Of a stretch of DNA of 64,000 bases, positions 60,100 through 64,000 are shown piece by piece. The position numbers and the translations under genes were made by a program. This stretch comes from an uncultured Hormoscilla sp. GTDB lineage: Bacteria; Cyanobacteriota; Cyanobacteriia; Cyanobacteriales; Desertifilaceae. The notes under the pieces were generated by a model. The model did no database searches. It saw only the letters and a list, made by a program, of their open reading frames with translations, and had not been told where the DNA came from. The number at the start of each line of letters is the position of its first letter. Positions within the stretch are counted from its first letter, which is position 1. The stretch is from the NCBI GenBank assembly GCA_963921275.4, contig OZ001293.3, forward strand, positions 5,248,001-5,312,000. The letters are read 5' to 3'.

Positions 60100-60360
60100 A
60101 TGTCTGAACCCGAGATCGCAGTCACCATCAAACTCTTCGCCGCCTATCAAGAAGCCTATGGCCTCTCGGAACTACAGCGGAAATTTCCCCCACATACTCC
60201 TGTCGCCGCAGTCCTAGAACGCGCGATCGCGGAACATCCCGAACTCCAGCAATGGCGCGAACTCACCCGCTTTGGTATCAATCTCCAATTCGTCGAACCC
60301 GATACCCGACTGCAAGATGGCGATGAAGTTGTCCTCATACCACCGGTCAGCGGCGGCTAG
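60100..60360 (+). CDS. moaD: MoaD-family sulfur carrier
   Basis: IKLFA..LQDGDEVVLIPPVSGG. Confidence 0.85.
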   Translation: MSEPEIAVTIKLFAAYQEAYGLSELQRKFPPHTPVAAVLERAIAEHPELQQWRELTRFGINLQFVEPDTRLQDGDEVVLIPPVSGG

Positions 60361-60717
60361 GACATCGAGTATTCTCAGAAACCCGGTTTCTTGACTGGCC
60401 CTCTACTCTCAGTCATCGGTAGAGAGGGGCGGCCAAAAAAACCGTATCCCTTGCGGGAGCGCAGCCATAAAAAATTTTTTTCCACAAATTATTGGGTTGA
60501 GAGGGGATTTTGGCAGGGCCATCAGTCGATTCTGGAGGATATTTTTCCAGTTCTATCGCCCTAAAACTCACTCCTGGTAAGGCTTTCAGCAATACTATTG
60601 GGAATATTATTTTTTTGGAAAATTAATCCAGATTAAAAAAGTCTGGTATGGTTGCAAGGTATTTTTTCCCCGTGCTACGATTTCAACATCAATCGCAATC
60701 AAGGAAATTAACCAGTC

Positions 60718-62028
60718 ATGACAGTAGCAACCAGCACCCCAATATTCTGCACAACCACTGGCTTTAGCACCACCCTGAAATGTAAAGAATGTGGTGAAGA
60801 GTACCTGCTGGAAGCAAAGCACATCTGCGAAGATGTCTGCTTTGGCCCCTTGGAAGTCAAGTATGATTATGACAAACTGCGCCTCTCCGTCAGCCGCGCT
60901 ACCATAGAAGCCGGTCCTAACTCGATTTGGCGCTATCGTCCCTTCTTACCTGTTGCTACTGATAATCCTATAGATGTAGGCACCGGCATGACGCCCCTAG
61001 TGAAATCTCACCGGTTGGCGCGGCGTCTGGGACTAAAGAATCTATATATAAAGAATGATGCAGTCAATATGCCCACTCTCAGCTTTAAGGATAGAGTGGT
61101 GTCAGTGGCATTAACTCGGGCCCGAGAGTTGGGTTTCTCCACAGTGTCTTGCGCGAGTACCGGAAATTTGGCCAATTCAACCGCTGCGATCGCGGCCCAT
61201 GCCGGTCTGGACTGCTGCGTGTTCATCCCCGCAGACTTGGAAGCGGGTAAGGTCCTGGGCACCTTGATTTACAATCCCACGGTGATGGCAGTTAAGGGCA
61301 ACTACGATCAAGTGAACCGCCTCTGCTGCGAAGTGGCCAATACCTATGGTTGGGGGTTTGTCAATATTAATCTCCGCCCTTACTACTCGGAAGGTTCCAA
61401 AACTCTGGGCTTTGAAGTGGCAGAACAGCTAGGATGGCAGTTACCCGACCATATTGTCGCCCCTCTGGCCTCCGGTTCCCTGTACAGTAAAATCTATAAA
61501 GGCTTCCAAGAATTTATTAAGGTGGGATTGGTTGACGACAAAGCCGTCCGCTTCAGCGGGGCCCAAGCAGAAGGCTGTTCCCCGATCGCTCAAGCATTCC
61601 GGGAAGGACGGAACTTCGTTTCCCCTGTTAAACCCAATACCATTGCTAAGTCGATCGCCATTGGCAACCCCGCCGATGGCATCTACGCCTTAGAAATTGC
61701 CCGCAAGACAGGTGGTAACATTGAATCAGTCACAGATCCAGAAATCATCGAAGGCATGAAGTTGCTAGCGGAAACGGAAGGCATCTTCACCGAAACTGCT
61801 GGTGGCACGACCATTGCCGTATTGAAGAAACTGGTAGAAGCTGGTAAAATTGACCCCGATGAAACGACAGTTGCCTACATCACCGGGAATGGCTTGAAAA
61901 CCCAGGAAGCTGTCCAAGGTTACATCGGCGAACCCCTGACTATTGAAGCGAAACTAGACGCTTTTGAACGGGCAATGGAACGGGCCCGCACCTTGGGTCG
62001 CCTAGAATGGCAACAAGTATTGGTATAG
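60718..62028 (+). CDS. thrC: Threonine-synthase-family PLP enzyme with N-terminal zinc ribbon
   Basis: CKEC..C..C, PTLSFKDR, CASTGN and ITGNGLK motifs. Confidence 0.85.
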   Translation: MTVATSTPIFCTTTGFSTTLKCKECGEEYLLEAKHICEDVCFGPLEVKYDYDKLRLSVSRATIEAGPNSIWRYRPFLPVATDNPIDVGTGMTPLVKSHRLARRLGLKNLYIKNDAVNMPTLSFKDRVVSVALTRARELGFSTVSCASTGNLANSTAAIAAHAGLDCCVFIPADLEAGKVLGTLIYNPTVMAVKGNYDQVNRLCCEVANTYGWGFVNINLRPYYSEGSKTLGFEVAEQLGWQLPDHIVAPLASGSLYSKIYKGFQEFIKVGLVDDKAVRFSGAQAEGCSPIAQAFREGRNFVSPVKPNTIAKSIAIGNPADGIYALEIARKTGGNIESVTDPEIIEGMKLLAETEGIFTETAGGTTIAVLKKLVEAGKIDPDETTVAYITGNGLKTQEAVQGYIGEPLTIEAKLDAFERAMERARTLGRLEWQQVLV

Positions 62029-62278
62029 TGTCAGATACCCACGAATGGCAAGTAGGGTGGGCATCGCCCACCATTGCGAGATTAGCATCGCCCACCATTA
62101 CCAAGTTACGGTTATGGGATCAGGTGCATCTCAATTTTGAATTGAGAAACCCGGTTTTTCCAAAAAACCGGGTTTCTGGGCTACAGGTGAATATACCCGC
62201 CGCAAAAGTGAGATGCACCCCATGCGATCGATGGTGGGCATTACAGTAAGATGAGAAGAACAAAGGCATCACGGAAAA

Positions 62279-62554
62279 ATGGCAGTAAAAGTTTTGGTTC
62301 CCACCCCCTTACAGAAGTTCACGAACAATCAAGCCAAGCTAGAATGTACGGGCAGCGATATTACTGAGTTACTCGACTCTCTAGATCAAAGTTGTCCTGG
62401 GATCAAAAACCGCTTGTATGACGAACAGGGACAACTACGTCGGGGTTTGAACTTATACGTCAATAGCGAAGATATCAGGTTTTTAGAAGGAACAAATACA
62501 GCTTTGAATGATGGGGATGAAGTTAGTATTATCAATGCTTTTGCAGGAGGTTGA
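62279..62554 (+). CDS. MoaD/ThiS (CysO-like) sulfur carrier, divergent copy
   Basis: [27 protein letters not shown]. Confidence 0.85.
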   Translation: MAVKVLVPTPLQKFTNNQAKLECTGSDITELLDSLDQSCPGIKNRLYDEQGQLRRGLNLYVNSEDIRFLEGTNTALNDGDEVSIINAFAGG

Positions 62555-62703
62555 GTTGAGAGTTCCCAGCAGATATGCCTGGGAAATATAAAAAAAGACG
62601 CGATCGCTGCCGGGACCTCTTGAAGATAATCAAGTCCTCACCAGCGGGCTAAGATTAGACAAAGATAGGGTGATGCGATCGATGGTGGGCAGTACAGCAG
62701 TAA

Positions 62704-62947
62704 TACCATTTTGTCAAAATTGGCTACAAATTTTAAGCATTATCCTATCAGTCGGTATAAGACCGACTTAAGCTATTAGCAGGGGGTTTGAACCCTCCGT
62801 GTCTCGTGGGTAGTGCGAGTACGATGTCCCCGGGGTAGTGCGACTAGCGCTGGGGACATCAAGAGACCACGAGACACGGGAAGGCGGGCTGACAGCGAAG
62901 TGAAGGAATTACGGCTTGAGAGTGTAGCAACTTTGTTACAAATGGTA
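62704..62947. mobile_element. IS630-type MITE
   Basis: TACCATTTTG...CAAATGGTA as in 30238-31363; absent from the paralogous leader at 62222-62278. Confidence 0.75.
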
Positions 62948-62979
62948 TAAGATTAGAAGGACAAAGGAATCAGCGAAAA

Positions 62980-63255
62980 ATGACAGTAACAGTTTTAGTT
63001 CCCACTCCCTTACAGAAGTTCACGGACAATAAAGACAAGGTAGAATGTACGGGCAGCAATATTACTGAGTTGTTCGACTCTCTAGAAGAAAGTTGTCCTG
63101 GGATCAAAAAACGCTTGTGTGATGAAGAGGGACAACCGCGCCGCTTTTTGAACTTATACGTCAATAGCGAAGATATCCGGTTTTTAGAAGGAACCAAGAC
63201 GCCTTTGAAGGATAAGGATGAAGTTAGTATTGTCCCAGCGGTGGCAGGTGGTTGA
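62980..63255 (+). CDS. MoaD/ThiS (CysO-like) sulfur carrier
   Basis: [23 protein letters not shown]. Confidence 0.88.
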   Translation: MTVTVLVPTPLQKFTDNKDKVECTGSNITELFDSLEESCPGIKKRLCDEEGQPRRFLNLYVNSEDIRFLEGTKTPLKDKDEVSIVPAVAGG

Positions 63256-63382
63256 TATCAAGATCGGATTGAATAACCATAATTAACGGGCGGATACTCT
63301 GTAACCCAGAAACCAGGTTTCGTAGGAGAAACCTGGTTTCTTCATCTCAAAGTGAGATGTCACCCAGAAACATCGCGCTCAA

Positions 63383-64000
63383 CTACACAACCTGCTTAGC
63401 CTGAAACTGGCTTAACTCACTTGGCGAGACAGCACCATGCTCTGTGATAATAGCCGTAATCAAGGCAGCAGGGGTAACATCAAAGGCAGGATTATAAAAC
63501 TTTGTACCCGCTGGACAAAAGATACTATCCCCAATTTTGTAAATTTCCGCTGGGTCCCGTTCTTCAATGGGAATTTGGCTGCCATCGGCTAACTTAAAGT
63601 CAATGGTAGAAAGGGGCGCGGCGACGAAAAAGGGGATATTATGAGCTTTGGCTGCTAACGCGACACTGTAGGTGCCAATCTTATTAGCAGTATCCCCATT
63701 GGCCGCAATGCGATCGGCCCCCACGATCGCGGCATCAACTAAGCCTTGTTGCATACAATGAGCTGCCATGCTATCAGTAATGATTGTAATCGGAATTCCC
63801 TCTTGGGTACATTCCCAAGCTGTCAGTCGCGATTCTTGCAAGCGGGGACGGGTTTCATCAGCATAAAGTCTTTTTAACCGTCCCTGACTCCAGGCAGAAC
63901 GCACCACACTCAAAGATGTGCCATAACCAGCAGTTGCCAAGGCACCAGCATTGCAGTGAGTGAGAATATTTAGCTGAGTGGGTTCGGGGGGTAATACCTT
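63383..64000 (-). CDS. mtnA: Methylthioribose-1-phosphate isomerase (5' end outside the window)
   Basis: [35 protein letters not shown] and NPAFDVTP motifs. Confidence 0.93.
   Translation of the reverse strand, partial: KVLPPEPTQLNILTHCNAGALATAGYGTSLSVVRSAWSQGRLKRLYADETRPRLQESRLTAWECTQEGIPITIITDSMAAHCMQQGLVDAAIVGADRIAANGDTANKIGTYSVALAAKAHNIPFFVAAPLSTIDFKLADGSQIPIEERDPAEIYKIGDSIFCPAGTKFYNPAFDVTPAALITAIITEHGAVSPSELSQFQAKQVV

Noticed and set aside
3398..62879. Micro-repeats containing GTGCG...AY as mini group II introns
   Set aside because: GTGCG lies inside a hairpin, not at the insertion boundary, and there is no DV; treated as coincidence

Overview
Cyanobacterial chromosomal DNA (many HIP1 GCGATCGC sites, petN, CP12, smc), probably from a filamentous lineage with heavy mobile-element load (inference). 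Intact housekeeping genes (grxC, tadA, plsC, uvrB, petN, smc, FIST, cp12, glmM, thrC-like with MoaD/ThiS, mtnA) alternate with decayed accessory DNA. The main hidden feature is a family of at least 8 ORF-less group II introns (7 full length, 1 partial). Each full-length copy has its own EBS1/EBS2 sequences, which in 6 of 7 pair with that copy's insertion site. The set includes a twintron carrying an IS982 15 bp upstream of uvrB and an antisense intron that splits a vapC toxin. The window also holds nested IS630/IS4/IS1/IS5/IS982/DUF6399 elements and MITEs, very short dispersed repeats invading toxin-antitoxin genes, a Mokosh type I-like kinase-helicase plus PLD locus with a broken PLD gene, and a threonine-synthase-like gene with three ubiquitin-like sulfur carriers. 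All calls come from reading the sequence by eye; no searches were run.
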